Below the pieces are notes generated by a model. That model searched no databases. It saw only the letters and a list, made by a program, of their open reading frames with translations, and was not told where the DNA came from. A stretch of 64,000 nucleotides of DNA from Antedon mediterranea (lineage: Eukaryota; Animalia; Echinodermata): positions 24,317,237 through 24,381,236 of the forward strand of contig NC_092672.1 in the NCBI RefSeq assembly GCF_964355755.1, given 5' to 3'. Numbering within the stretch: position 1 is the first letter of the stretch; each line of letters opens with the position of its first letter. Positions 34,886 through 47,865 of this stretch are shown piece by piece. The position numbers were made by a program, and so were the translations under genes.

Positions 34886-36027
34886 AAATTATTATTTGCA
34901 AATATTGTTATGTTGCTTTTGTTTTTCCTTTCATTATTTTGCTCAGTTGTTTTATTGTTTTATTTTGGTTGCACCACTAACGGCAGTGTGTGCCACTGAT
35001 AAAAAAAGTGATGACCAGTAAATAAATATGTCTCGGATGTCAATATAAATTTGTATTGTATTTGAACTATAAGAAGGTATTATAAATGCATATTATCATT
35101 TATTTATAGGTCAGCTGATGCGTTTACAATCGTTAATCCCATCCATATCTAGGAAGATATATACACCAGGCCTAGAGAACCAATTACGGTTATTTAATAA
35201 ACGCCAATTGAATAAGCAACCACCCCAACCCCGTCTCCCCATAAAACATCCCTTGTAATAAACGCCTCTTGACTCTTGAATGTAGTCTATTTCGAATATA
35301 GTGTATGGTTTAGGCTAATCGTAAGCTTGTTACGAACTAATCAAGTTCTACTACTCTAAATTGCATATTTGTTTATGTAGGATGTACAAGGCAGGCAATG
35401 CAATTTATTTTAGAGTGATTTCATTTTGTATATGTTTTAAATTGTATCTTATTGTAATTGCTATTATTCGCCAGTTTCATAATGTGTTTTGGTTTATGTT
35501 TTAATGTTTATCATATTATGGAAAAATAAATATTAGCAGTATCAGCACTTATTCTTTTTATTAACTATACCTACAGAAAACGTCGTTTATAATGCTTTTG
35601 CTAAATAAGTAGAAAATACGAATTAGCAATTTACACCCCCGCTAAGGTAAATACAGACTGGCACTTTAACAATGTGTGAAATATGGTGTTCAGTTAACTA
35701 GCTAGAAAAATAAATGGTAGGTCCAGTACTTACATCATTGTAAGATATCAACAAACTGCCCAGTTTTACCGTGACCATCTGCTGCCACCAAGCACTCGAC
35801 ATTCTACGCATACGATTACAGACTGTGCTTGTTGTTGGCAGAAGGGTCATCAGATCCCCTCCTGGAATTGACATTCGTTATAGTTTAGTTACCTAGGAGT
35901 AAGTTATGTTGTAATTAATGAATAAAAATAATTCCTCTCTTTAGTGCTATTTTAAAACGTTGGGAAGAATATTAATGATGCCTGTCTATTTAACTTAAAA
36001 TCAAGAAATGTCATTGTGTCGCGACAG

Positions 36028-36845
36028 TTTTTAGTCGCGTGGAAGCGACTCTATAGTTCACTATGTCGGTCGGTTGGTCAGTCTGTCTGTCTCTCGGTCT
36101 GTCTGTCGGTCTGTCTGTCTGTCGGTCTGTCGGTCCGGTATCACTATGCGTTTTATCGCTTTCTGACCTTATCTTGATATCAGTTTAATCTAGCTAGGTC
36201 AATTTTTCACAGTATATTCCTTATGGCCAGGAATCAATGTGGTTATGTTTTCACGGTGCGCAATAAAAAATTACGCGGTCTATGCACGATTTCACGAAAT
36301 CACGTTTGTAATCATATCTTCACAACCATGAATCACAATTAAATAAAATTTGGTACTCATAAATTTCAGGGCATAAATCATCATATGGCAATACAATTAC
36401 GTGCGTAGCGCATGTAATGCATGCGTACGCGCGCTTAAAATTTTCAAAATTTATTTTCGATGAAATAAGAGTACGTTTCAAGCAATTTTAAGCGTTTACA
36501 AAATTGCCATGAGTGCGCATATTTTTGCTCGCGCACTGCGCGTTAAATGTTATTGCGCACTCTTTTTGCCCGATTTCTGTTTTCTTGACTTACTTTTCAA
36601 CTCGAAATTACGTTATACGAGCATGTCAAAAGTGACAGGCTACGCACGTGTAAATTAAAAAAATATAAATGTTTTTAAACATTTCAACATTTTTAAACAT
36701 GTTCAGTAATTTCGGTCAGTATAGTTCACTATGTCGGTCGGTCGGTCTGTCTGTCTGTCGGTCGGTCGGTCGGTCGGTCTGTCGGTCTGTCTGTCGGTAT
36801 CACTATGCATTGTAGCACGCGACTTAATGGCTGTTGGCCTTGTTT
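36028..36845 (+). mobile_element. Helentron-associated non-autonomous element (DINE-1/HINE-like)
   Basis: TTTTT-AGTCGCGTG subTIR with adjacent inverted GCGACT, duplicated core with GTCG/GTCT microsatellite, 3' CACGCGACT, then GGCTGTTGGCC stem-loop and TTGTTTT. Confidence 0.85.
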
Positions 36846-37620
36846 TAAATACATTTTATCTTGTACATTAAAACTAGTATCCAGTTGTGATTGATTCTTG
36901 CTATACAGCTGCAATATCAACAATTTTTAGTGCTGGTTTTTCTATCTTAAACTTATATAAACCACAATGTATTCTTGCTAGTAACAATACTCATAAACAT
37001 AAAGTTATAAAAAGTACAAGAACATTGTTAACGATATTTTTTTGTAACAAATAAATTGATCTGGTAGGCTAACAAGCAAAACGGAAGTTTGATAAATGCA
37101 AGCATTCATTGTTCTGCTTTACACACCTTGAGAAAAATAATGCAATAACAAACCAGGGAGTTCAACTCTCTGAACAAACGGTGATACTTCAAACTGGCGG
37201 TGCTTGTTCTCTCTTTAAGTTTTAAATAGCACAGTGTATTATTGCTCCAATATGAATAATATAAGGAAGTTATACAAAGTACAATAACAGGCGTCTCATT
37301 GTTACTGATCTCTTCTCCAATAAACAAATCTTTCTAGTACCGGTAAATCGGAAGTGTGGTAATTCTAAAATAACAAAATGAAACAAATTTATGCTCCAAA
37401 TATTATTTGTTTTACAGCTTTATATAAGGCAGCTTTAAAAGTTCAATAATATTTACTGATTAATTTTGTTTTATAAACACTAGTAATTCGCAGAAAAAGG
37501 CGCAGCTTAAAAGAAAAATGAAACAAGTTCTGATGAGTATAGGCCTATTGTTATACCGATAAGGAAGTACAGTAGATCTACAATAATAATAGTACTAAGA
37601 AAACATAACATCAATTACAT

Positions 37621-37915
37621 TGCTTGTCTTCGTTCGGCTGATCAAAACCTACTACTTGTTCCTAGAATTAACACCAAATCTTATGGACAAAGGTTTTTTA
37701 TGTTCTCTGTTGCTTCTCTTTGGAATTCTCTCCCTCGTCATTTTACTCATTCAACTTCTATTGCTATTTTTAAAAAAGAACTTAAAACGCATCTTTTTAA
37801 CATCAAATATAAGCGCCTTTGATTTTTACTTCGGTTTAGTTGATTCTGGCGCTATACAAATACCTAAATTATTATTATTATTATAATATTATTATTATTG
37901 TTATTATTATTATTA
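37621..37915 (+). mobile_element. 3' end of an L2-clade LINE
   Basis: LRSADQNLLLVPRINTKSYGQRFF...SLWNSLP...IFKKELKTHLF, then AAGCGCC...GGCGCTATACAAAT and a (TTA)n tail. Confidence 0.85.
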
Positions 37916-38339
37916 CAGTTGATTGTACATTACAGTATCACATCGATTTGGCCCTGGTTGGAAACTTTTATATTATGTACAATATTTAGGTTTTTTTTAT
38001 TCATGCAAGTTTTTTTAGAGAGCCTCACAATGTTATGTTATGTCCGTTCATTTTTTTTTATTCAATCGAAAACAAAAGGGAATTAGAATTTTGAAAGTGT
38101 GCAATAAGCAATTATGTCCGATTTTAACTTATATTTTTGATATTATTTTTTATTAGTGGTAGGCCTACTGTTCCACGCGTATATTTATATTATCAACCCA
38201 TTGCCAAAAGTAACAGTGTACCAACAGATTTTAGGGCAGTTACAATTACGTCTAACGTTACCGTAAACGTTGAGAAAGATTGAATGTATCAAGACTCAAG
38301 GAAACATTTGTAATGTAGCCTAGATAAGAACCAATTTGC

Positions 38340-38480
38340 ATCCAGAGCTCAACGATGCTGTTAATTTTTTTCTCCATAATATTTACCAACGCCTTGATCC
38401 AAACAAAGTTATGTAAATGGTCTCTTTATCGATTTCCCCAGTGCATTTAACACTATTTTACCTCATATTTTAATTGAGAA
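38340..38480 (+). mobile_element. Decayed LINE reverse transcriptase fragment (Rex1/Babar-like)
   Basis: DAVNFFLHNIYQRLD, frameshift, then SYVNGLFIDFPSAFNTILPHILIE. Confidence 0.65.
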
Positions 38481-39105
38481 TGCGTCAATAATGTCAGTAC
38501 CCATTGTAGTATATTGTAGGAGATTGTTAATAGACAACATTTCCGGTATAGAATAGGATAGAAATTTACGCGAAAATATCTTTCAGAACAATTATTCATT
38601 GTTGCAAATATTTACGCCTCCATTCTATATATTATTATCCAACGATAATATATACTTTACAATTTAATTCTGAATGTAAATGTTGTTAATGGATGGCTAT
38701 ACTTGTCTGTGTTATTATTCATACATCTAGATTCGTGGTTGACTTTTTAATAGGTTTGACAATGCTATACAATTCATTTCATAATTCATCATTTTCGTCG
38801 ATTTTAGCTTGTAATTTGTATTAATTAAACAATTTCATACATTCACAATTCTTGAAGATGAACAGGCAAAAAATTTACTTTGTATCTGTTACTGTACAAT
38901 ATTATTTTCAGATGTTTCCTTTATAAACCTCACTTCCTGAACAAGACCATTAAGTTTACAATTATGAACTATTTCTAATAAGGAAGTTCATCTTAAATGT
39001 GTTGAATTGGTGCGCGTGCAGGATAGGCATTTGTATCCTGTCTCAAGGTTGTCAGGTCAGGTTTTGTTCCATGTAAGTTTACAGTTGCTGCTACCATCGC
39101 GTCAA

Positions 39106-42100
39106 AGGGCGCGTTTATACAACAAGCATTACACGCATATTCTACACGCCTACGAGAAGTGTGTTGTATAACAACAAAGGTTGTGTTTATGAACATTTAA
39201 AGTATCTGGATATGCCAGAGGTCTCTCCTGACAAGGCTAAATCAAAATTCTCCCTACCGTTTACAGACTTCTAGTTATCCGGCTACTCATGGCCTTATTT
39301 TCAGCCTGATTTGCGTGATTATCTCATAAAATACATTGTTTAATCCAGCAAGGTCGCCTTCAACTTCCCTGAGGACAAGCCAACCCTCCAAATTTGCCGG
39401 GCTGAGGTTGGTCCGGATAACACAGGTGGTAGTACTAAAAAAAGTCATTAAGGGTCGTTAAGGCATGATTAATGACCCCAAAAGATGACAAGTTATCCGG
39501 ATACTTGCTGTTTGTAAACGGGCCCATAGAGATTCCGTGTAATGAGATTTTAATTGCAAAAAAGGCTACTTGGCTGAATCCTAAAATTTGGTGGATTCCC
39601 GGTCGCCGTTACCGTGTTGGAAGTGTCCTCAGGGTATATTTTGACCTCTCGTTAAAACAGGTCGTAATATCAATCATGTCATGCGACGTTGCTAACAAGA
39701 TTGGGCCCATTTATTGCTGCTTCGCTGCCAGCAATCATCCTCGTACCACGTCTTACGCCTAGCCATAAATCAGCATTAAATAAGCCAGTGGGTAAATCTT
39801 TATGGAATTCATTCAAAAGGAAAGCAATATGCTTAACATTGAATGTGAAAGATATAACAATAAAGAAACAAGTATAGAAAAATGGGTAGCTTTAAGAAAT
39901 ACTATTATGTTAATATAAATTCTAATTTGCTCGATTATCAGAAAAGGAATTCACTGTGATACGAGTTACAGGTGGTGCTGATCTGATTTAATTCGTTTTA
40001 TCTTGTATATAAAATACATTGTATAATCCGGGTTGTAAAATTAAAACAAACAATTGAAAATCTCACAAAATCTTTATGTGTAAAATATTTTAAAACGAAG
40101 AACATTAATGAAAATAGGAGGCAATACGGAATTCATAAATGTAAAAATGTTACTGATGAATTGTAACGACATTGGGAATTAACAAATGTGTTAAATAATA
40201 TGATTTTATGTAATGACATGAGATAATATAATGAATGTGGATAAAAGTGGTGTTTGCGCCACAAAAGAGAAAAAAAAAGCTATCGAGGGAATGGTGGGTA
40301 CGAAATCCATGATAATTTAGTTACTTATCTAAAATAAATTCGACGGGAACCTGATTTTACAAGAGGACCTCTTATATGAGTTTGTGAGGACTCCGTTTAT
40401 AGAGGACATCTTAATATCTGTCATGTTCTAAAGACTCCTTAATATCAGTTCAAATTGATCAGTTCTTTTCTAATGAAGAATCTGGGCAATTTACAATCAA
40501 GCAACAACACCACATAATTCTACGTGAATTCTGCTGTACGTGAGCTAGCCTTAATAATACCGCCTGATTACGGTATATAGGCCTACAGTATTAGCTTCAG
40601 AATAAATGACGACGCATTCTACAGATATTAAAACAAAATGAAAATATTAAATTGGCTTCGTCGAAATGTTGTACCTTGATAGACAGACCCCCAAGCAGAC
40701 AGCCCACATTCTGTACAGACAATCTGCACTGCAGCACAATCTATTGGTTTTAACTGTACACGCGGTGATTCAACTAAAAGTAGTAAAAACATTTTGGCAC
40801 ACAAGGCGTATCATATAATTTGCGGACCATGACCGAAGCACTTCCGCTTCGATCTATTCGACGAAAATCAAAAAAGGATAACTATTTTCTGCTTTATATT
40901 TAATTTAATGTAATAGCTTGATCTAATAACAGGCGTAACAACACAGAATACATATTGTAGTTTAATACTGGCTTAAATATGTTTGTTTTATATAAACTGT
41001 ATTTTACAAAATTACAATAGAACTTCATTTTGCAATAGTACCTAATTTGGCGCCTTAGACGCCAAATTAAGTGCGGTACCTCATTTGGCAGTGGTACCTC
41101 ATTTGGCGTGACAGGGCCAACTCGTAGTGGTAGTAGGCCTCTATCATTTCCCACTCCAAACAGAAGAAAAAATAACATCGCAAAAATGGCATCTTCTTCC
41201 ATAGTGTATAGATGAAACAATGAAACCCTTAAAATAACTTTTATTAAATGAACCGAGAACAAAATTAACACAATGCAAACGTGAACGAATACAATAATGA
41301 AAATGGTAAAAACCGCGCGAATACATCGGACAGCGAGGAGGCGACGAAGATTGTTGACAACTCCGCCAATTCAAGCGATCAGCGATTTGACCCTTTATCC
41401 TAGCATGCACTGCGTGTTGATGAAACTTCCGGTACAACACGGTATCGTGATTTCTAGTACAACATCAGTGGGAAAGCCACTTCGCGTTTTGACCGTTAAA
41501 TCGTGTAAAATCGACTTACTTCCGCATTGACGATTTTGAAGCGCCACCTATCGTTAAAAACTGAAACCACGATTTTTCGTCGCCTAGCAAATAAGTGCTG
41601 TTTTATTTTAAGCTCTCATGAATATTTAAGAACCGCCCAACATTACCTATTATGGTAAAAGCATTTCCTAATAAGTATAATTGAATAACCAATCGGTTTC
41701 CTTCAAAGAAACCGAAGCTAATACAATACATTCGGCCACTGAAGTCGGGACTCGTGAAATTTATAAATGTGGTACGATTTGACTACTGTTTTGTTGTCCA
41801 TTTTCTGAATAGTCGGAGGTGCATCCCAACAAATTAAAAAAATTATAATCAATTGTTTTATCAAGAATAATATTAGTTTAATCGAGTATGATATATTTCT
41901 ATCCTGTTCAAAATGTGTTGGTGTATTCTCAGGCCTCGAAAGGTAGGTACATTTTCTAGCTGTGAGCGTGGTTTCGGCAACGCGAGACACGTGTGTCAGT
42001 ATAGGCGATAGCGAGACGTGTGTTGTACTGTGTTGATGCTGATCCGATAGTCGTTAAGTTGTACTGGTTACGAGTATCATTGGTCCTGGCCGGCCTAGCC

Positions 42101-43715
42101 TGGTGATCTGATCCCCCCAAAAAATACTTTTTTTCAATGAGTATTAATTTTATTTTTCATTTATTATTTGATTTATTAGGCTCAATAGATGCCTAGCTAG
42201 GCTACTAGTTAGTAGGCCTAGATTATATAAATAATAATAGTAAATACTGTAATATTAATTAATAAAATACAGCTTCCATTTGCCTTACTTTTATGTCATC
42301 ATATAATATTATAATTATATATACAACCAGATATTAACATTTTTTTTAAATAATATTTATTATTTTTTCTGACACTTTCAGGAAGCGTTGATGATGCAGA
42401 GTTCTTTGTCTTTGTGACTTCAAACTGAGAGTGAAGTGGATAAAAAGATGACACCGGTACCTACCGACATTGTCATATACCCAAACTATAATTTAATTAT
42501 TTAAAACAAAATGTTGAATTACAAATATGTATGTTGCAGAGGATTTAGATGAATTACAATACAAATATTTATGTTGAATGCAAACCTACTACACTATACT
42601 CTGTAAATTATGTTATTGTCATGTGGTAGACCTTAAAAATTGAATATTTATTGTATGTTAGGCCTATTTTATATTTTATTAATACTGTATTAATAATAAT
42701 ACTATTAATCTATATTATACAGTACTAGTTTGTACATTTTTTTACCCCAAAAAAATGAATAAATAATTTGTTATTCAATCTAATTGCTTGTTTGTTCATC
42801 AATAACAAAACAATTGTAAGCAAGTATATAACAGTTCTTGTTAGCCGCTTATTTCAGGTCATATTATTAATATTAGCTAGGCCCGACGCGCCCGATCACA
42901 ACGTCACTAAGTGACTTTCCGCCCCTGGAACAATCGCTCGCTAATAGGGCTAGGCCTCGGACTCGTATAAAAGCTATTATAATAGTTATGATAAATATTC
43001 CTCAACTAAAATGTATACTGTGATAAATAAACAAGTAAATAATATACGTTGTATTGGAATGTATTTATTTATATGAATTCTTATACGCGGACAATTATAA
43101 ACATCGCGTATATCGTTCGCTATAAATAAATTCATAAACACGATGACGATGTGTTTACAAAATGGCGGTTTCGCTAGTTTTCGATGGAACAAATAGTGGT
43201 ACCTTTAGTTTGAATAGTCGGAGCTGCATCCCAACCACCGAATTTTGTATCTTAATATCGTATTCTGTAGATTATTAATTTTTCTAACAGGGATTTTAAA
43301 TTCAGGACTGTTCAATTTTTCTAAATATTTTATTTTAACGATTTTCTAGGGTACAATTTCGGAAAAAAGACATTGGTTGATTTTGCCGTTAAATTACAGA
43401 TTATCGTTTTGTTCAAATACATTTAATTTTACATAACAATATATTAAAACCATTTATGAATTTATTTCACTAACAATATTTTTCCGATAACCAGCTAAAT
43501 TTACAAATATTGTGTTTTTCCAATACCCTAAAATTTAGCAATTTTGAACTAAATTAGAAAAGTAGGGCGCCCTCTCCGAGTCGAAATTTGACACGATTTG
43601 TCGACTGGCTGTCCCACTGACATGCAGCAAACGTTAAGGTGGGTTGACCTCGGTCCAACAACACGCTAAAAATTAAAGCCATGTTCAAATTGAGGGTGTT
43701 GTATAAACACGACCT
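39106..43715. mobile_element. Non-autonomous TIR element (Harbinger-like TIR) with a nested insertion
   Basis: Ends AGGGCGCGTTTATACAACA and TGTTGTATAAACACGACCT, flanked by duplicated TCAA. It interrupts the repeat unit at CCATCGCGTCAAGTCAGAGG. Shorter inverted sibling at 51225-52000. Confidence 0.75.
41466..43619. mobile_element. Uninterrupted 2154-bp copy of the CAGTGGGA TIR element, inverted relative to 1146-6444
   Basis: ACAT|CAGTGGGAAAGCCA ... TGGCTGTCCCACTG|ACAT; collinear with 1146-6444 minus its two insertions. Confidence 0.92.
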
Positions 43716-43729
43716 TCAAGTCAGAGGCT

Positions 43730-44070
43730 ATTAGCGGATATTATCCTGTCTCAAGATTGTTCAAGTCAAGTTTAGTTCTATGTAAGTTTACAGTTGCTGC
43801 TACCATCGCGTTATTAGTGGATATTATCCTGTCTCAAGATTGTTCAAGTCAAGTTTAGTTCTATGTAAGTTTACAGTTGCTGCTACCATCGCGTTATTAG
43901 TGGATATTATCCTGTCTCAAGATTGTTCAAGTCAAGTTTAGGCCTAGTTCTATGGATTGTAAGTTTACAGTTGCTGCTACCATCTCGTCCAAGTCAGAGG
44001 TTATTAGCGGATATTATCCTGTCTCAAGATTGTTCAAGTCAAGTTTAGTTCTATGTAAGTTTACAGTGTT
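43730..44070. repeat. About 83-bp tandem repeat, 4 copies, with a related unit at about 39020-39104
   Basis: GGATATTATCCTGTCTCAAGATTGTTCAAGTCAAGTTTAGTTCTATGTAAGTTTACAGT. Confidence 0.85.
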
Positions 44071-44619
44071 ATTCAAGTTTACAAACGCTACCCAGGCTAC
44101 TTTCAAATACAATTATTTGGATTTAATCGTTTTACTTTATAGTGATTTTATGTTCAATTGGTTAGCAGATAAAAGGTATGTTATTTCTACATTATATTAC
44201 TCTATATGTTTAGAACGAGATTATTCACACTTCTACTAGTTCATTCGGCGTGAGTAGCAACAAATTGACGACAATCATCACCCCTAAGTTGAAACATTGA
44301 ATCAAATATCAACAAAATATACAATTGTGTTTATTTGCATGGTATCGCACACGTCATTGTCTTACAACAATTAAATAATTTTAGGGTGGGACAGTACCTA
44401 ATTATAACATTCGTATCGAGCAACCGACCAGTGATTTAGTATTATAGGTCGTAACAGCCGTCCCAACCGATCTTAGTCAGTTATAAACATTTGAAAATAA
44501 TTGAAAATCTAAACTTATACAATGTACCACAAATAACATTTTGTTGCCATAGGCCTAATTACAAGAACAGTTTTAATATTCCAATAACGGGGCCACCAGG
44601 ACGAGAAAGCTTGACTGAC

Positions 44620-44830
44620 ACTTATTAAGCATGTGAGAATATTGTATGAATAAATATTGCAATAGAACTATACTGTATGTATGCATCTACGGTGTCTCTT
44701 ATTAAGCATGTGTGAATATTGTATGAATAAATATTGCAATAGAACTATACTGTATGTATGTATGCATCTACGGTGTCTCTTATTAAGCATGTGTGAATCT
44801 TTTATGAATAAATATTACAATAGAACTAGT
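44620..44830. repeat. About 80-bp tandem repeat, resuming at 47571-47615
   Basis: CTTATTAAGCATGTG.GAATATTGTATGAATAAATATTGCAATAGAACTATACTGTATGTATGCATCTACGGTGTCT. Confidence 0.85.
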
Positions 44831-44841
44831 AGTACTAGTAT

Positions 44842-47570
44842 TAGTCCAGTAAAGATAAGTCAAAAATAGGGTGAACCTAGAACAAATTGCAACAGAATTT
44901 TTTTTTGTTTTGTCTGGTAAATATGGTTCAAATGAATATCATATCCAAAGTTTACCAAAATCGGACATCGGGAAGTGGGTTAATTAGCATAAATTCAAAA
45001 TGGCCGCCATTTGCTAATTTTGAAGCCTCATATCTCTCTAACGGTTGGATTTAGACCACCTAAGTGCATTACGAGTAGATATAAATGTGATATTAAACAT
45101 TCTAATTAGCATATTTAAATTTCCATATGACGTACTTATGACGTAATATGGTAGTTGTGACGTCATATATTATGTTATAAACTGTTTAAATGACATTATA
45201 CTATTCGAACAATTTAGGGACTGCAAGAAAACATGTTTCTTGACATTCTCCTTGTTAAAATGAACATTATTTCCAAAGTTTACCAAAATCGGACGTCAGG
45301 AAGTGGGTTAATTAGCATACATTCAAAATGGCCGCTATTTATCATACCATTTTGAAGCTCCATATCTCCTTAACGCCTGGTTTTAGACCACCTAAGTGCA
45401 TTGAGAGTAGATATAAATGTGATATTAAACTTTATAATTAGCATATAATTGCCATATAACGTACCTATGATGTCATATCTCAATTGGCATTATTCTAAGG
45501 GGAAATAGTAGAACATTTACCACATCAAGGTTAAGATCATGGGTATCAGAAGTTATTCGGCCACCCTTCACAACATGCAATAGAACATTCCAGTTAATTT
45601 TCTGCAACTGCAACTTTTTATAACTGCATATATATCTCATATATCTCATATATATTTAAAAAAATAGGATTCTTAATTAAGTAATGAGTCTGGGATTTAA
45701 TAATTCGACCCCATCCTAAATATGGAGTTGGATCACAGTAAGTTTCCAATCCAAAGTACATACATAGAAAATGTAATGTTGGCGCCGTCAAAATACTTCC
45801 ACCATACATGTAGGCACAGCAAGTCTACTTCATTGGCTTTTCTGATGTCTTTTTAAATTTTGGACCAAACAGTTCTTGCTTAGAATAGAATGCATCCCCC
45901 TGTTTCTTTGCAAGTGCAGAGCATTACAAAGATGTTGCAAATTTGCTCCTTAAGATGTTTTCTTTAAGTACCAATTATTCCACTATTTTTTGCTTCTTCT
46001 GTCTTAAAACGCAATCGCTTTTTTTAATTATGGCAAAGTAAGATATTTAATAGATCCCCATCTGCATTCAAAGTTTCTATTCCATTTTTCTGACATTTTT
46101 TGTCAAGGAAGTTGAATACTGTCTTGTCGAAAAATAAAATACTGTAATTAGTAGTGGCAAGTTTGAAAATTACTGTATTACCTTAACAACCCCTTTTTGG
46201 ATTCCGTTGATGTGTATCTTTTAACTGATGGTTCTCATCTCATCTAGTTAACACTAGGATGAAGTGTCCTTGTTATATGCTCATTGAATCTTGGAAACAG
46301 CATTCAAAAGATAAACATTATATAAAACATCATAAAAAGTTGTTGTCTCATAAATGATCGACACCAAACAGATGCAATGAAATAGCAAATTTGAAAGAGC
46401 AGAATGGAGATGCTGACTATACAGAAAACTACAGTATGACATTTATCATTTTCATTTCAATTGAGATGAGTTTGTGGGAATGATGGGTTTGAATAGCCTG
46501 ACCCACAATCAATCGCCTCATTACAATATTTTTTTTATTCCATTACCAATTTAAAGAGATAAAGTTCTAAAAGATGTAGTTTTAGAAAACACAAAACAAG
46601 ATGTGCGCTTGAGTACAAATCAGTTTCGGAAATACAGTTTAAGATCACTTTTCATACGGTTCTGTAGAATATCTATTTTCATAAGATTTTGTAAATGGAA
46701 ACTTAATGATAAATTTCAATGGTTTTTACATGTATATCTACTCGTAATGCACATAGGCTGTCTAAACCCAACCGCTAAGGAGATACAGGGCTTCAAAATG
46801 GTATTTTGAATTTATGTTAATTGACCCTCTTGAAGTCTGATTTTGGTGAACTTAGGATATCATGTTCATTTCAACAGGAAATTGTTAGAAAATTGTTTTC
46901 CTGCAGTTTCTACATTTTTTAGCATGGGATAATGCCATTTAAGCAGTTATAACATAATAATATGACGTCACAACTACCTTATGATGTCATATTTACGTCA
47001 TATGGTAATTTAAATGTGCTAATTGGGAAGTTTAATGTCACATTTATATCTACTCGCAATGCACTTTGGTGGTCTAAAACCACCATTAAGGAGATATAGG
47101 GCTTCAAAATGATATAGTAAATAGCGACCATTTTTAATTTATGCTAATTAACACACTTCCTGAGGTCCGATTTTGGTAAACTTTGGAAATTATGTTCATT
47201 TCAACAAGGAGAATGTTAGGAAACTTGTTTTTCTGCAGTTTCTAAATTGTTCGCGTAGTATAATGTCATTTAAGCATTTATAACATATAATTTATGACGT
47301 CACAACTACCATATGACGTCATAGGTACGTCCTATGGAAATTTAAATATGCCAGTTAGAATGTTTAATATCACATTTATATCTACTCGTAATGCATATAG
47401 GTGGTCTAAATCCAACCGTTAAGGAGATATGGGGCTTTAAAATAGCAAATGGCGGCCATTTTGAATTTATGCTAATTAACCCACTTCATGTTCACCATAT
47501 CAACCAAATAAAAAAAAATAAAAATTCTGTTGCAATTTGTTCTAGGTTCAACCATATTTTTACTGGACTA
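44842..47570. mobile_element. Academ-like non-autonomous transposon with long TIRs
   Basis: TAT|TAGTCCAGTAAA ... TTTACTGGACTA|TAT; 3-bp TSD, TAG..CTA ends, inverted arms of several hundred bp built from roughly 290-bp units. Confidence 0.8.
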
Positions 47571-47747
47571 TATACTGTATGTATGCATCTACGGTGTCTC
47601 TTATTAAGCATGTGTGTTGAATTGTATATATGCTGTGTGTACAGTTATAGTTTACTGTATTTTCTGCACTTAATTTCGGACAGAGACTAACTAAACCTTT
47701 TCGACATCCAGGAATTATTATAGAATATTATATATTATAGAATTGAT

Positions 47748-47865
47748 GGAGTGGAGTTGTGGCTACCAATTCAAGGGTCCTGGGTTCAAGTCCTGTCATA
47801 TGTCAGGATTTTTTCTAATGACAAATTACAACTCCACTCCCAAAGACTTGTAATAAGACTTTGTT
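47748..47865 (+). mobile_element. tRNA-derived short interspersed element, internally deleted copy
   Basis: GGAGTGGAG...GGGTTCAAGTCCTG (B box)...ACAACTCCACTCCC; homologous to 59241-59381. Confidence 0.7.

Noticed and set aside
35730-37345. Possible minus-strand exons near 35733-35870 and 37126-37335
   Set aside because: Splice-like sites are present but no consistent frame or recognisable protein.
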